Counted from the stretch's first letter, positions 1 through 9,883 are shown. The stretch is DNA of 64,000 nt from Candidatus Bathyarchaeota archaeon (GCA_963733055.1 CAVTBR010000002.1:416001-480000), one strand, 5' to 3'. The notes: generated by a model from the letters alone, not told the origin. A program made the numbers and translations.

Positions 1-891
1 TTCCTCACCGCCCAAGAACCTGGGAAGGGAGTAGTGCAACGCCTACACCATGAGGCTCAAAGCCGCGGCTGGGAGGTGGTTAAGGATTGGAAGCCGGAGG
101 AAATCGCGGCTAACGATGCCAAGATGCTTGGAAGGCTTCTCAGGGAAGGAGTCCCGCCTCCAAAAGGCGAGATAGACATGGTCTTGGGGCCCGAAGTGAC
201 CGGAATCATATGCCACGAATCATGCGGCCACCCACAGGAGGCGGACCGAATCCTAGGCCGCGAAGCTGCACAGGCCGGAGAATCCTACCTCAAACCGGAC
301 ATGATTGGGCATAAGGTTGGATCGGAACACGTTACAATAATCGACGACCCCACACTCCCAAACTCGTACGGATTCTACCTCTACGACGATGAGGGCGTTA
401 AGGCACGACCGAGGGTACTGATTAACGAGGGCTTGATTGCATCTTTCCTGCAAAACCGAGAGACCGCAGCTGAACTTGGCGGGATGAGTAACGGCGCGTC
501 ACGCTCCTCCTCCTACGACCGTGAACCCATAATCCGAATGGCCAACACGTACATGAAACCCGGCAACCACAGCCTCGAGGAACTCCTCGAGGGCGTGGGG
601 AACGGGGTTTACATGAAGAACTTCATGGAGTGGAATATTGACGACCGACGCTACAACCAACGATACGTTGGATTAGAAGCGTATCTAATCGAGAATGGGC
701 AAATCACCACACCCCTCAGAAACCCGATTCTAGAAATCACAACCCCCGGCCTCTATGGCAGCGTCGACGCAGTAGGGAAGGAGGTGGAGTATGCGGGTGC
801 TACTTGCGGTAAGGGTGATCCGATGCAAGGCGCTCCCGTATGGACTGGAGGCCCACCAATTCGTCTGCGTAAGATTAGGCTTGGAGGTTGA
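1..891 (+). CDS. tldD: TldD/PmbA family metalloprotease, TldD subunit (5' partial; frame open from base 1)
   Basis: HExxGH motif (CHESCGHPQEAD), YDDEG motif, RMANTY, C-terminal CGKG; followed by a TldE-like partner. Confidence 0.9.
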   Translation, partial: FLTAQEPGKGVVQRLHHEAQSRGWEVVKDWKPEEIAANDAKMLGRLLREGVPPPKGEIDMVLGPEVTGIICHESCGHPQEADRILGREAAQAGESYLKPDMIGHKVGSEHVTIIDDPTLPNSYGFYLYDDEGVKARPRVLINEGLIASFLQNRETAAELGGMSNGASRSSSYDREPIIRMANTYMKPGNHSLEELLEGVGNGVYMKNFMEWNIDDRRYNQRYVGLEAYLIENGQITTPLRNPILEITTPGLYGSVDAVGKEVEYAGATCGKGDPMQGAPVWTGGPPIRLRKIRLGG

Positions 892-897
892 ATCGAC

Positions 898-2250
898 ATG
901 AACCCACACGACGCCATGAAACAGATTCTCACCACCGCGCAAAAACAAGGAGTGCAGTCAACCGCGGCGGGCTTCACTCGCATGCACAAGCGCATGGTTC
1001 GCTTCAGCAACAATACGATAACGATCACAAACAGCTGGCTTACCGAAACCCCAACGGTCTACCTCGTATCCAACAAGAGGAGAGCATCATGCATGATCGA
1101 GGAACAGAACCCCGAGAGTCTGAAGGCAGTCGTTGAAGAACTAGCGAAGACGATGAAAGTAACCCCCGAGGGCGACGTTGACTTCACCCTCCCACAGGGG
1201 CCGTTCAAGTATCAACCAATCCAGGGAACTTACGACGAGAAAATAGCCCAAGGCGAAAAGGAGCTAATCGACGCCGTGGAGACCGGAGTAAACGCCGCCA
1301 GGAAGGAAGGGGCGTTGCGGGTTTCTGGAGTAGTCACATCGAACACTCGGGAAAGGTACGTTTCCACATCGACCGGAGCCGAAGGTTCCGATAAGAGCAC
1401 AGAGATTGAGATGACGATCCGCGCGTTCGCGAGTGACGACGCAAGCGGCCAGGGGATAACAGTCGCTCCGAACCTGCAGCAGTTTAACCCTGAAGAGGCC
1501 GGGAGAAGCGCGGGACGCATAGCGAAAATGGCGCTTAACTCTGAACCCGGCCAGGCTGGGAAATACAACGTCGTCTTTGCTCCCTCAATATTCGCGAACC
1601 TACTAAACCGCGTAGCTGATTCAACCTCAGCCTACACAGTAGAGTTAGGGTTCTCATTCTTCGGAGACATGCTGAAACGCAAAGTTGCTTCCGAAGCCTT
1701 CACCCTCCACGACAACAGTCGCCTTCCATTCGGCCCAGGATCTACAACCCTAGACGATGAAGGATACCCCACCCAAGACAACGCCCTGATCGAAAAGGGC
1801 GTTCTAGAAAACTACCTACACACATCCTACACGGCAACAAAACACAAAGCACCGCTCACAGGGAGCGCCCGATTTGAAGCGGGCATCGGAGGCATGGTAC
1901 CCACAGCTCGCAACATCATTCTCAAATCTGGGGAGAGTTCGCTCGAAGACTTATTCGACAAAGCCCATGACGGACTTTACATCACTAACAATTGGTACAC
2001 ACGCTTCCAAAACTACCAGACAGGCGACTTCTCAACCATAACCCGGGACGGCGTATTTGAAATCAAGAACGGGAAACTTACCCACGCCGTGAAAGGATTG
2101 CGATTGAGCGATAACATGCTCCGCATAATCCAATCAGTCAAAGCACTCTCGAAGCAACAACATTGGATTAGATGGTGGGAGGTCGACACCCCGACCCTAA
2201 CACCCTACGCCCTCGTCGAAGACGTGGGAATAACTACCGCGAAGAAGTAA
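898..2250 (+). CDS. TldE/PmbA family protein
   Basis: RFSNN N-terminus, DDEG motif, no HExxH; GGAGG SD upstream; tandem with tldD. Confidence 0.85.
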   Translation: MNPHDAMKQILTTAQKQGVQSTAAGFTRMHKRMVRFSNNTITITNSWLTETPTVYLVSNKRRASCMIEEQNPESLKAVVEELAKTMKVTPEGDVDFTLPQGPFKYQPIQGTYDEKIAQGEKELIDAVETGVNAARKEGALRVSGVVTSNTRERYVSTSTGAEGSDKSTEIEMTIRAFASDDASGQGITVAPNLQQFNPEEAGRSAGRIAKMALNSEPGQAGKYNVVFAPSIFANLLNRVADSTSAYTVELGFSFFGDMLKRKVASEAFTLHDNSRLPFGPGSTTLDDEGYPTQDNALIEKGVLENYLHTSYTATKHKAPLTGSARFEAGIGGMVPTARNIILKSGESSLEDLFDKAHDGLYITNNWYTRFQNYQTGDFSTITRDGVFEIKNGKLTHAVKGLRLSDNMLRIIQSVKALSKQQHWIRWWEVDTPTLTPYALVEDVGITTAKK

Positions 2251-2551
2251 CTAGGCCGAAAGCCGACCTTTGGAACGTCTGGTGGGCCTCGGGACCCAAT
2301 TGCATCTTCGCTTGAGCTTTGAGTTCGTACTCTATTCCCCAAGGGTACTCTAGGATCACGAGCTTGAGGTAGCCGCCGGCAATGAGTCTAGTTATGGCGG
2401 AGAGAGTCTCGTGCCGGTCGGCGTCAACAAGCCCCACAATTCGCTCTAATGTTAACTGTCCCTCGTTTAGCAACCGCAGTATTTGCTGATCAACCCGGTT
2501 GAGTTGTTCCAAACGGGTTGGAACTTCTAACTTCTGGGCCATCGACATCAC
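2234..2551 (-). CDS. small winged-helix DNA-binding protein
   Basis: DQQILRLL..LTLERIV..AITRLIAGGYL resembles a wHTH; GTGA overlap with upstream ORF. Confidence 0.55.
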   Translation of the reverse strand: MMSMAQKLEVPTRLEQLNRVDQQILRLLNEGQLTLERIVGLVDADRHETLSAITRLIAGGYLKLVILEYPWGIEYELKAQAKMQLGPEAHQTFQRSAFGLVTSSR

Positions 2552-2766
2552 CTTGCCACCGGCAACTTGAACTGAAGGTTGCTGTAGGCCTGCCGTACCG
2601 CGAAGCTCTCTTCGAAACGCCTTTCCTCAGTAGTCGATTCCCAGCGTCGGCCGAAACCAGTCTTCAGGCTCACTTCGATTGTCTTTGCTTGCACGAGCAT
2701 ACTGCCCACCGTGCTCGTGAAGAGGTTGAGTATTCCCGTCCAGTGGACCAATCTATCACGGAACAT
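2548..2766 (-). CDS. small hypothetical protein
   Basis: 72-aa ORF with GGTGA SD-like site upstream, coupled to the wHTH gene. Confidence 0.4.
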   Translation of the reverse strand: MFRDRLVHWTGILNLFTSTVGSMLVQAKTIEVSLKTGFGRRWESTTEERRFEESFAVRQAYSNLQFKLPVAR

Positions 2767-2832
2767 TTCATCATCACCGAAGCGATGATTGGGTATTTTT
2801 CCAATTAAAGGCAGGGCACGTTACTAGGATCG

Positions 2833-2853
2833 CATCTTGTAACTCACAAGATG
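2833..2853. promoter_or_regulatory. 8-bp inverted repeat (operator or hairpin)
   Basis: CATCTTGT-AACTC-ACAAGATG in intergenic DNA upstream of the 2766 gene. Confidence 0.3.
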
Positions 2854-2955
2854 TGATTACGTCAGAGGTCTGAGGCTTGGAGGGTCCAGGAAGATTGGCT
2901 CGTGAGTTCGATCATGGGTAACTCATAATCGCGCTTTCGACGTATCGGAGGAATC

Positions 2956-3684
2956 TTAGCGTTTCAACAATTCTAGTGTCGCTTTCATCTCATCATTGAA
3001 GACAACCCGGCGTAACCTCGTATCCGCACTCTGTCCTTTGAACGATCGTACTCTAATCGTGTTGATGATTTCGCCGTCATATTCCGCGAGCTTGATCTCC
3101 ACGACCGCATCCGAGACCATTTTCATCTCCTGGTAGAAGCTCGGCGGATGAAGGTCGGTGGCAAATCCAGCGAACATTATCGCGCCTTGACTCCTCCATA
3201 CGCCAATTGCCTTCCTCGAGAACTTCGCGAACACATTCTCCTGGTTGAAGGCGATTTGGGAAAGGGATTCCCAAACTACTAGGCTTCCGGCAGGCCATTG
3301 CGGAGCGGACTGTTGCATGGCTATGGATAGTTCATTTAGGTTTGCGCTCTCGGCTTGGTACCTTTCAGCCGTCTTTGCACCGGCCTGCGCCGAGTAGGTG
3401 TCGAACAATACAACCGAATCCTTCGCCTCATAATCTCTGATGCTCAACTCCAATCGGTCAAACCGCTGCCTGAGCTCAGCAACTGGTTGGTTAGTGGAAA
3501 AATAGAGCACATCTCCACCCGCCCTGAGGTATTCGGCGGATACGTTGACGAAGAGAGCCGTCGCTTGTGAATCGGGATCGTAGAGCATGAGAATCGCTCT
3601 ACCGAGCGGAACCTCCCCAAGAAGCTCAGATAGAATCGGAATCTTAGCGCTTCGTGACTGCAACCGACTACTCTGTTCTTCCAT
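2956..3684 (-). CDS. RAD55/KaiC-like RecA-fold protein with degenerate Walker A
   Basis: IPILSELLGEVPLG start, VLYFS, SDAVVEIK, IRVRSFKG end; P-loop position reads YDPDSQAT. Confidence 0.7.
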   Translation of the reverse strand: MEEQSSRLQSRSAKIPILSELLGEVPLGRAILMLYDPDSQATALFVNVSAEYLRAGGDVLYFSTNQPVAELRQRFDRLELSIRDYEAKDSVVLFDTYSAQAGAKTAERYQAESANLNELSIAMQQSAPQWPAGSLVVWESLSQIAFNQENVFAKFSRKAIGVWRSQGAIMFAGFATDLHPPSFYQEMKMVSDAVVEIKLAEYDGEIINTIRVRSFKGQSADTRLRRVVFNDEMKATLELLKR

Positions 3685-3881
3685 GAAGAGATGACAACCT
3701 CGCGTTCTTCAACTAATTGCTTAGACGGATAGAAATGCTTAGCTGGCCGTCAATCGGGCAAACAGATGATGGTAGTTCTCTTTGATATCGAACGTTGCTC
3801 AGCGCTGACCCGGTGTATGATTCGTTCATTTTCTTTATCTTGCGCCGCGTCCCCGTTTCGTTAGCGCTTAGGTGAGAAGAG

Positions 3882-5282
3882 TTGAACCAACGCCTCCTCG
3901 GGGTTACCCTGTTAGTCACCAGCATTTTGTTCGGTGCGGCCTACGTACCATCCGTTCCCGCGCAGCAAACTGCGCCCCAAGTCCCAGCTGAATACGCCCA
4001 GCTTTACTCAACCCTTCAGACTCAGCTGGACAATTACTCTGCCTACCTCTCAAGCATAGACACCCACGCCCACTACCCCGTGATCTTCGGCACGGAACTC
4101 CTGGCGGCTAACGGGAACCGTGGGACGGCACTGTTAGCACCCGGAACCCTGCAGGGAGTGATCCTCTACTTGAACCGCCTCCAAGAGATGGGCATACGCG
4201 GAGTAACCGTTGAAATCGGGTACCCGCTCTACACCCCGAGCTTCCCCAACTACCAGAATTACGTGCAATTCTACAAACAGGTCGCGCAGGAGGTCAGGAA
4301 CCGAGGAATGAAGCTTAACGTAGAATCATCGGTAATGTTTGCCAACACACCTTTTTCAGGAGTCACTTTCAACTACGCGAGCATACCCTGGACCCAGTTC
4401 GAAGCCGAAAGAAAGCAGATGCTTCAGACGATCATTCAAGACTTGCAGCCGGATTACCTGAACTTTGGTGCAGAACCCGACACTGAATACAAGCTCACGG
4501 GCTACACACAGTTCAACTCTCCGGACCAATACGTTGCGTACGTCAACTACATCCTCACGGGATTAAATCGTGGACAAACGTTAGTCGGGTCGGGTGTCGG
4601 AACCTGGGGCAACCTACAGTACGCTCAGGACGATGCGGCAAACACAACTCTGGATTACATTGTCACCCACGTCTACCCAATCGTGGGCCAAGCATCAATG
4701 CAACAGATCCTCACCATCGCAAACATCGCGAAGCAGCACAACAAGAGGGTAGTGCTTGACGAGGCTTGGCTGAGCAAGGCTGACACGCTTCAACCAACCA
4801 GCATAGCCGACCTAACCACCCTCTACGGCCTTGACACTTTCAGCTTCTGGGCACCCCTAGATCAGAAGTTTCTCGCAAACATCGTGAAGTCCGCACAGAT
4901 CACGAACATTGAATACATCTCACCCTTCTGGTCAACCTACTTCTTCTCCTACCTAGATTACAACTCAACAACCTCCCAAGCCTCATACGATCAACTCCGG
5001 CAAATGGACAACCAACAAGCATACGCTAACGTGCTAGCCGATCAATTCTCATCAACCGGCCGATACTACGCACAACTCGCCGGAGCCTCACTGCCAGAAT
5101 CCAAGATGCAGCAGGCGAGTACTAACTCAACAAGTCCGAGTACGAACAAGACATGGAGTATCCCAGGTTTCCCGTTAGAATCCATCTTAGCCGGATTGGC
5201 GGTCGGCTTCGTACTCCTTTGCGTAATTGGCCGTCGCAAGACATTCGGTAGGCCTAAGCCGACTTCTCTATCAGGTTGGTAG
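3882..5282 (+). CDS. secreted TIM-barrel glycoside-hydrolase-like protein with PGF-type C-terminal anchor
   Basis: signal peptide; GAEPD and VVLDEAW resemble clan GH-A catalytic positions; tail IPGFPLES-TM-RRK. Confidence 0.55.
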   Translation: MNQRLLGVTLLVTSILFGAAYVPSVPAQQTAPQVPAEYAQLYSTLQTQLDNYSAYLSSIDTHAHYPVIFGTELLAANGNRGTALLAPGTLQGVILYLNRLQEMGIRGVTVEIGYPLYTPSFPNYQNYVQFYKQVAQEVRNRGMKLNVESSVMFANTPFSGVTFNYASIPWTQFEAERKQMLQTIIQDLQPDYLNFGAEPDTEYKLTGYTQFNSPDQYVAYVNYILTGLNRGQTLVGSGVGTWGNLQYAQDDAANTTLDYIVTHVYPIVGQASMQQILTIANIAKQHNKRVVLDEAWLSKADTLQPTSIADLTTLYGLDTFSFWAPLDQKFLANIVKSAQITNIEYISPFWSTYFFSYLDYNSTTSQASYDQLRQMDNQQAYANVLADQFSSTGRYYAQLAGASLPESKMQQASTNSTSPSTNKTWSIPGFPLESILAGLAVGFVLLCVIGRRKTFGRPKPTSLSGW

Positions 5283-5335
5283 GAGAGACACCAAAAAAGA
5301 AAAGAAAGGAAGTTCCAGAATGCAATTGTTTGTGC

Positions 5336-5632
5336 TTAAGGGTAGCAGTATTGGTACATCCCTTGCATTTGCCGCTCGCCCATTTGGTTTCCTCTCATGT
5401 ATTGGTTCATGTATTGGCTGAATTGTTGGTACGCTCCATACGGCATCATCTGCCGGCGATTCATCATGCCCTCACCCATCATACCCTGACCATTCCTGTG
5501 GCCGCATTGGTTTCCTGCGGACGGCTGTTGCCACCCGTTTTGTTGCGGAGCTGCTAAGGCATAACCTTGCAATGCGAGAACCGCTGAAATAAGCACAATG
5601 AGGCCGAATGTCGCGGTTCGATTGGTATTCAT
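5336..5632 (-). CDS. small secreted Met/Gln/Gly-rich protein
   Basis: signal peptide ending YALA; GMMGEGMMNRRQMM; GGAGGTGA SD at 5641-5648. Confidence 0.7.
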   Translation of the reverse strand: MNTNRTATFGLIVLISAVLALQGYALAAPQQNGWQQPSAGNQCGHRNGQGMMGEGMMNRRQMMPYGAYQQFSQYMNQYMRGNQMGERQMQGMYQYCYP

Positions 5633-5693
5633 GTTTCAGTTCACCTCCGTCTTCTGAGAAAGGTATAGTCTTGCAGCTGATTTGGACGTTCGG

Positions 5694-5732
5694 TGAAACC
5701 ATGATGGTTTCAAAAAGTGAAACCTTGAAACC
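5694..5732. promoter_or_regulatory. putative operator: palindrome plus direct repeats of TGAAACC
   Basis: TGAAACCAT-G-ATGGTTTCA at 5694-5712; TGAAACC again at 5718 and 5726. Confidence 0.55.
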
Positions 5733-5752
5733 CTGTACCGATCTGGGTAGTT

Positions 5753-6289
5753 CTAAGGTTTCGCGTTTGCGGAATCCTTCAGCCATGCGGGAACGGTAAT
5801 TTCATTGGTCTTGCCAATCCTTCTTACCTGAATTACTCCACGTTCCGCGAGCCTAGCCACAACCCTATGGGTTCTCAATTTGCTTAGCCCCGTCTTGTAT
5901 GTAATGTCCTTCTGTAAACATTTGCCGCCAGCGCTTCTTAGCACCTCGAGCGCCGCCTTTTCGTCAGCTTTCAATACTCGCATGACAACCTCTAATGCGT
6001 CTGGCTCTAGCTTAGAGGAATGAGTCTGTGTCACGTGGGACGCAGATAATTTCATCTCGTCCGGTGTTGGCGTATACTCTATCGTGGGGTAGGCGAGCAC
6101 GTACACGATCACAAGGATGAGCACTATTCCCGAAAGGACGAGTGTACTGGGCCAGATCATGTAACCTCCAAACGTTGACCCCATCATACCGCCATTCATC
6201 ATGGACTGACGAGGCAGCAATGTCCCTGCAATAGAAGCAACTGCGACCAGCGCTGCGATAACGACAATTATGAAAAACCTCAGTCGCAT
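5753..6289 (-). CDS. membrane-anchored winged-helix (MarR-like) transcriptional regulator
   Basis: two TM helices around MMNGGMMG loop; C-terminal DEKAALEVL..QKDITYKTGLSKLRTHRVVARLAERGVI..GKTN. Confidence 0.8.
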   Translation of the reverse strand: MRLRFFIIVVIAALVAVASIAGTLLPRQSMMNGGMMGSTFGGYMIWPSTLVLSGIVLILVIVYVLAYPTIEYTPTPDEMKLSASHVTQTHSSKLEPDALEVVMRVLKADEKAALEVLRSAGGKCLQKDITYKTGLSKLRTHRVVARLAERGVIQVRRIGKTNEITVPAWLKDSANAKP

Positions 6290-6438
6290 CAGAATCGCCT
6301 ACCACTAATCAGTTCGTGAGCAAAGAGTCAGGACAGCGGATGAGTCTGATTTACTTTTGTAGGATGCTAGGTGGTTTCCAGGTCAAGGCTGTAACAAACT
6401 GTTTGGTGAGTCGCTGAGTTTTATCTTGGGGTTTAAGT

Positions 6439-7185
6439 TCAAGTTGGAATTCCCGTTCGTTTTCTCGGCGAAACCTTCACGAGACTGCTCACCAGTGCCA
6501 GTCCAATAATTAGCGTAAAAAGAGCAGATGTGAATTCAGGTACGGGAGTTGGTTCGCTTATGGTTACGGTTTGAATGTATGATCCATGCCAGCTATGATA
6601 CCACACTTGACCGTTGTACCCGTTTACGCTGAGCATACCAGACGGCTTCCCGTTCGATAGTACATCCACGTTGTAGTATCCATAGAACGTATCTACATCC
6701 CCAGCCACAGTACCGCTGAAACTGCTGGCAAGATACTGTTGAGCTATGGCTTTCGCCTGTTCCCGTGTAACCGTCATGTTACTCGCGGGCGTTTGCTGAT
6801 AGATCCGCATCATTCCCCCCATCACACCATACCTCGTATTCCAGATCATGTTAGGGCCGGGTTCCGGCATCACGACGCCGCTCATCATCCCATTACCCAT
6901 CATTCCACCCGTCCAAATAGAACCAGGCTTCCAGATGATCATCTGAAAGGCGAAAACGCCTGTGCTCTTCTCATAATATGTGGCGTAGAAATTGTTCGTG
7001 TACTCCTCAACCTCGTGAAGAGCCAGGTTCGGATTCGCTAGTCTGGTCAAGTAGCTCTCGAACAACTGCACTGCGCTATCCATGGTCATCGTCTGGCTCT
7101 GCGCGTGTACCGCCGCGAAAAGATTGGACAGGACAATAGCCACCAACAGGACTGACAAAATATTCAGAGATTTCAAGCCTGTCAC
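6439..7185 (-). CDS. secreted PepSY-like Met-rich protein with PEF-CTERM-type anchor
   Basis: signal peptide; GGMMGNGMMSG, PEPGPNMIWNTRYG, VTREQAKAIAQQYL, LSVNGYNGQVWYHSWHG; tail VPEF-TM-RKR. Confidence 0.7.
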   Translation of the reverse strand: MTGLKSLNILSVLLVAIVLSNLFAAVHAQSQTMTMDSAVQLFESYLTRLANPNLALHEVEEYTNNFYATYYEKSTGVFAFQMIIWKPGSIWTGGMMGNGMMSGVVMPEPGPNMIWNTRYGVMGGMMRIYQQTPASNMTVTREQAKAIAQQYLASSFSGTVAGDVDTFYGYYNVDVLSNGKPSGMLSVNGYNGQVWYHSWHGSYIQTVTISEPTPVPEFTSALFTLIIGLALVSSLVKVSPRKRTGIPT

Positions 7186-7227
7186 ATGCTCACCGCAAGT
7201 TAGGGGTTTAGTCTCAATATAACCGAG

Positions 7228-7788
7228 CTACGTTTTAGGTGTAGTTGGAGGTTTCCAAGTTAATGCGAATATTCCGCCGAGAACTCCAAGAACCAACCCT
7301 ACGCCGAAGCCTGCCATTGCACTTCCGAATATGCTAAGCACGGAGAAGATCAGGATTAGGAGGCCCCATTTTGAGTGTTCGATTGGTTTGTTGTAAAGCA
7401 TCACGGCGCTAACTATGACTAATATTCCGAACACTATGCCTGCAAGGCCGAATATTCCCCCGAACCCGAAGCCATACCCTCCCATCATTCCGAACCCCGG
7501 ACTTGACAAGTATCGGCCCATCATGCCTCCGTACGAGTCATTTCCATTGTATCCGGTATACCCACTATACCCTGAATAACCGTTCATCATCCCACTCCAC
7601 CACCCGTTTCCGTTGTTTCCATAACCTGAGTAACCGTTCATCATTCCTCCAAACCCTCCATAACCGCGCATCATTCCACCGAGCCCGTAAGGGTTGAACA
7701 TTGACATCATTCCTCCACCAACCAGAATGAAGACGCCCCCAATCAATGAAAGGACGAAAGCGACTATAGGTTTCTCTTCTGCTGTCAT
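7228..7788 (-). CDS. membrane protein with long Gly/Met/Tyr-rich loop (DUF6114-like)
   Basis: AFVLSLIGG..GVLGGIFAL TM pattern; repeated GGMMxGY; ATG at 7788 preferred over 7830. Confidence 0.7.
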   Translation of the reverse strand: MTAEEKPIVAFVLSLIGGVFILVGGGMMSMFNPYGLGGMMRGYGGFGGMMNGYSGYGNNGNGWWSGMMNGYSGYSGYTGYNGNDSYGGMMGRYLSSPGFGMMGGYGFGFGGIFGLAGIVFGILVIVSAVMLYNKPIEHSKWGLLILIFSVLSIFGSAMAGFGVGLVLGVLGGIFALTWKPPTTPKT

Positions 7789-7844
7789 GTCTTGATTTCG
7801 TCTCTGCCTAAATGAATTCCAAACGACCAATTCATCACATTACA

Positions 7845-7862
7845 CTTAAACCACGTGTCCAC
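7845..7862 (-). promoter_or_regulatory. promoter motif copy 1: GTGGACAC-GTGG-TTTAAG
   Basis: same motif and spacing at 9884-9901 and 10800-10817. Confidence 0.5.
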
Positions 7863-7908
7863 TCAGCAAGACACTGTCTTGCAATACCGCCATTCTATAC
7901 GAATCCTG

Positions 7909-8172
7909 TCAGGAGCCGCCGTGTTTCCGTATCGCCTGAATCATTTCGGAGGCGTCAACCTTACCCTTCGCGATCAGTTTGTCATCCAAAAAGACCGCGG
8001 GAGGATAGGTGATGCCGTTTCCTATTGAGAGTTTAACACCTAGCTCGGAAGTGTATTCAACTTCCTCCACTTTCAGGTTCGGCATTTCAGCTTGCAACTC
8101 CTTCAAGATTCGCTTTACACGTAGACAAGGAGTGCAGCCGTAGCTGGTAACGAGCAAGATATTGGGCATCAT
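7909..8172 (-). CDS. thioredoxin/glutaredoxin family protein
   Basis: CTPC motif, YPPAVF cis-Pro region. Confidence 0.85.
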   Translation of the reverse strand: MMPNILLVTSYGCTPCLRVKRILKELQAEMPNLKVEEVEYTSELGVKLSIGNGITYPPAVFLDDKLIAKGKVDASEMIQAIRKHGGS

Positions 8173-8182
8173 CGTCTACCGT

Positions 8183-9070
8183 CTATGGTTTCCGAAGACG
8201 CTTGGCTCGCCAGAAATGCACGATTACTAGGGTGACAGACGCGAGCGCGACCACTCCAAATACGGTGACTGTCCCAAGCGAGATGGAGGCGAAATTTGTC
8301 AGCAGGTTCTTCTGAAGTCGTGCTTGCACAACTCCGACCAGAGAAGCTCCAGGTGCGGGAATCATCGTTCCGCTAAATCCAACTAGGATGTTTACTGCGC
8401 CCATGACGATAAAGATCAAGCCTGCGATTAGTTTTGATGAGTGGGCTGAGAATTCGTGTCCGAGAAACTTTAGATCTATAATTTTGCCCTCAAGAGGATT
8501 GGTTTCCGTCGCTTGGTATTTGTCCCAAACGAGAGCGATCAGAAACAAAGGAAACACCATTCCAACAACGTAGGTGACACCGATGAGTAACCCCTCCAGC
8601 ACGCTAGCTGATAGCGCTGCGAGGATTAGGACACCCGCTAATACGGGAGCGCAACAGGAGGTTGCAGCGCCTGAGAACATACCGAGCGTGTACACCGACG
8701 CAGCACTCCCCTTCTTCAGATCAACGGGGAAGTTAATTCTCGGAAGCATACCTCGACCCCATAAGGTCCAGAATCCGATCACTATCATGAGGAAGCCTCC
8801 GGCTACAAAGATTAGCACGTGGTTTGTTCCAAGAATTCTCCCTATGTAAGTAATCCCGAATGCTAGCGGGAGCATGATGGTGGCGATACCCATTGAGAAG
8901 ATCACTGTCATTCCTATGAGGTGGGTCTTCTGTTTGAAACTCTGGGCGAAGTAGGCAGGTAGGAGGACGCTGAAACAGCACGGCATGGCTAGAGCGATGA
9001 CTCCAGCAATGAAAGCAGCAATCACGTAAGCAAGCAACAGCAAAGACATTAGCGATGCTCCACCGTTCAA
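8183..9070 (-). CDS. CcdA/DsbD-family transmembrane disulfide reductant carrier
   Basis: MPCC and SCCAP motifs, multiple TM helices; start may be the second Met near 9049. Confidence 0.85.
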   Translation of the reverse strand: MNGGASLMSLLLLAYVIAAFIAGVIALAMPCCFSVLLPAYFAQSFKQKTHLIGMTVIFSMGIATIMLPLAFGITYIGRILGTNHVLIFVAGGFLMIVIGFWTLWGRGMLPRINFPVDLKKGSAASVYTLGMFSGAATSCCAPVLAGVLILAALSASVLEGLLIGVTYVVGMVFPLFLIALVWDKYQATETNPLEGKIIDLKFLGHEFSAHSSKLIAGLIFIVMGAVNILVGFSGTMIPAPGASLVGVVQARLQKNLLTNFASISLGTVTVFGVVALASVTLVIVHFWRAKRLRKP

Positions 9071-9091
9071 TAGTTTACGCGCAGGATCAAC

Positions 9092-9841
9092 TTACGCGCC
9101 AAGAGCTTGTTTCACTGCTGCTAAAATCTGATCATTTGGGACACTCATGTTGTAAGGCCCGTAGTCTTGACGCCAGATGATCGCTCCTTGCTCATTTACT
9201 AGAACGAACGAATGACCGGGTGCTGACCCGGGCATCATGCTCTTGTCCGGTCCGAGCATGTCATATGCTCTGCTAACCGTTAAGCTCTGATCGGATAGGA
9301 CCTTGCCATATTGGGGACCGCTCGAATGTGCCCAATCTGACAGAAGACTCAGTTGATCGCCTGTGATGCTAACCATCACTATATTCAGACTGGCGAACTG
9401 CGGATTCAACTGATCTAACTCTGTCATCTGCGTGAGACATGGAGCGCAGCTCAGTCCTTCATTGAAGAACAGCAACACGTTTGCCTTCCCTCTGTAGGAG
9501 GAGAGAGTAAACGATGCTCCGTCAACGCCAGGCAGAGTGAAGTCGGGCGCGACCGCCCCTATGACAATTGTAGTTCCGGTAGATTGTACTCGAGGCGTTA
9601 CCGCTAGATATCCAATTACCCCTGAGGCGACGATTAGGATTAGTAGGAAGACTGTCAGCTTTGTCTTCGATGGCCCATGGGCATAGTGTATCTCAGCTTT
9701 GTAACTTCGTAGTTCCTTCTCGGCCGTCAGCTCTTTCTCAAGCTCCGCGGGCCTTTGGGCGTTGTGATGCTTCGTATCGAAGTGTTGTGAAAATGCAACG
9801 TAGGACGTGAATTTCTTATGGCAACGTTCGCATTCGACCAT
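9092..9841 (-). CDS. membrane-anchored redoxin (AhpC/TSA/TlpA-like) with N-terminal C2H2 zinc finger
   Basis: CERC..HFDTKH finger, TM helix, GAVAPDFTL, CAPC; ATG at 9841 preferred. Confidence 0.8.
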   Translation of the reverse strand: MVECERCHKKFTSYVAFSQHFDTKHHNAQRPAELEKELTAEKELRSYKAEIHYAHGPSKTKLTVFLLILIVASGVIGYLAVTPRVQSTGTTIVIGAVAPDFTLPGVDGASFTLSSYRGKANVLLFFNEGLSCAPCLTQMTELDQLNPQFASLNIVMVSITGDQLSLLSDWAHSSGPQYGKVLSDQSLTVSRAYDMLGPDKSMMPGSAPGHSFVLVNEQGAIIWRQDYGPYNMSVPNDQILAAVKQALGA

Positions 9842-9883
9842 GTGAGTGTGCTCCGATCTGAGCGCACATGGTTCGAGAATCAT

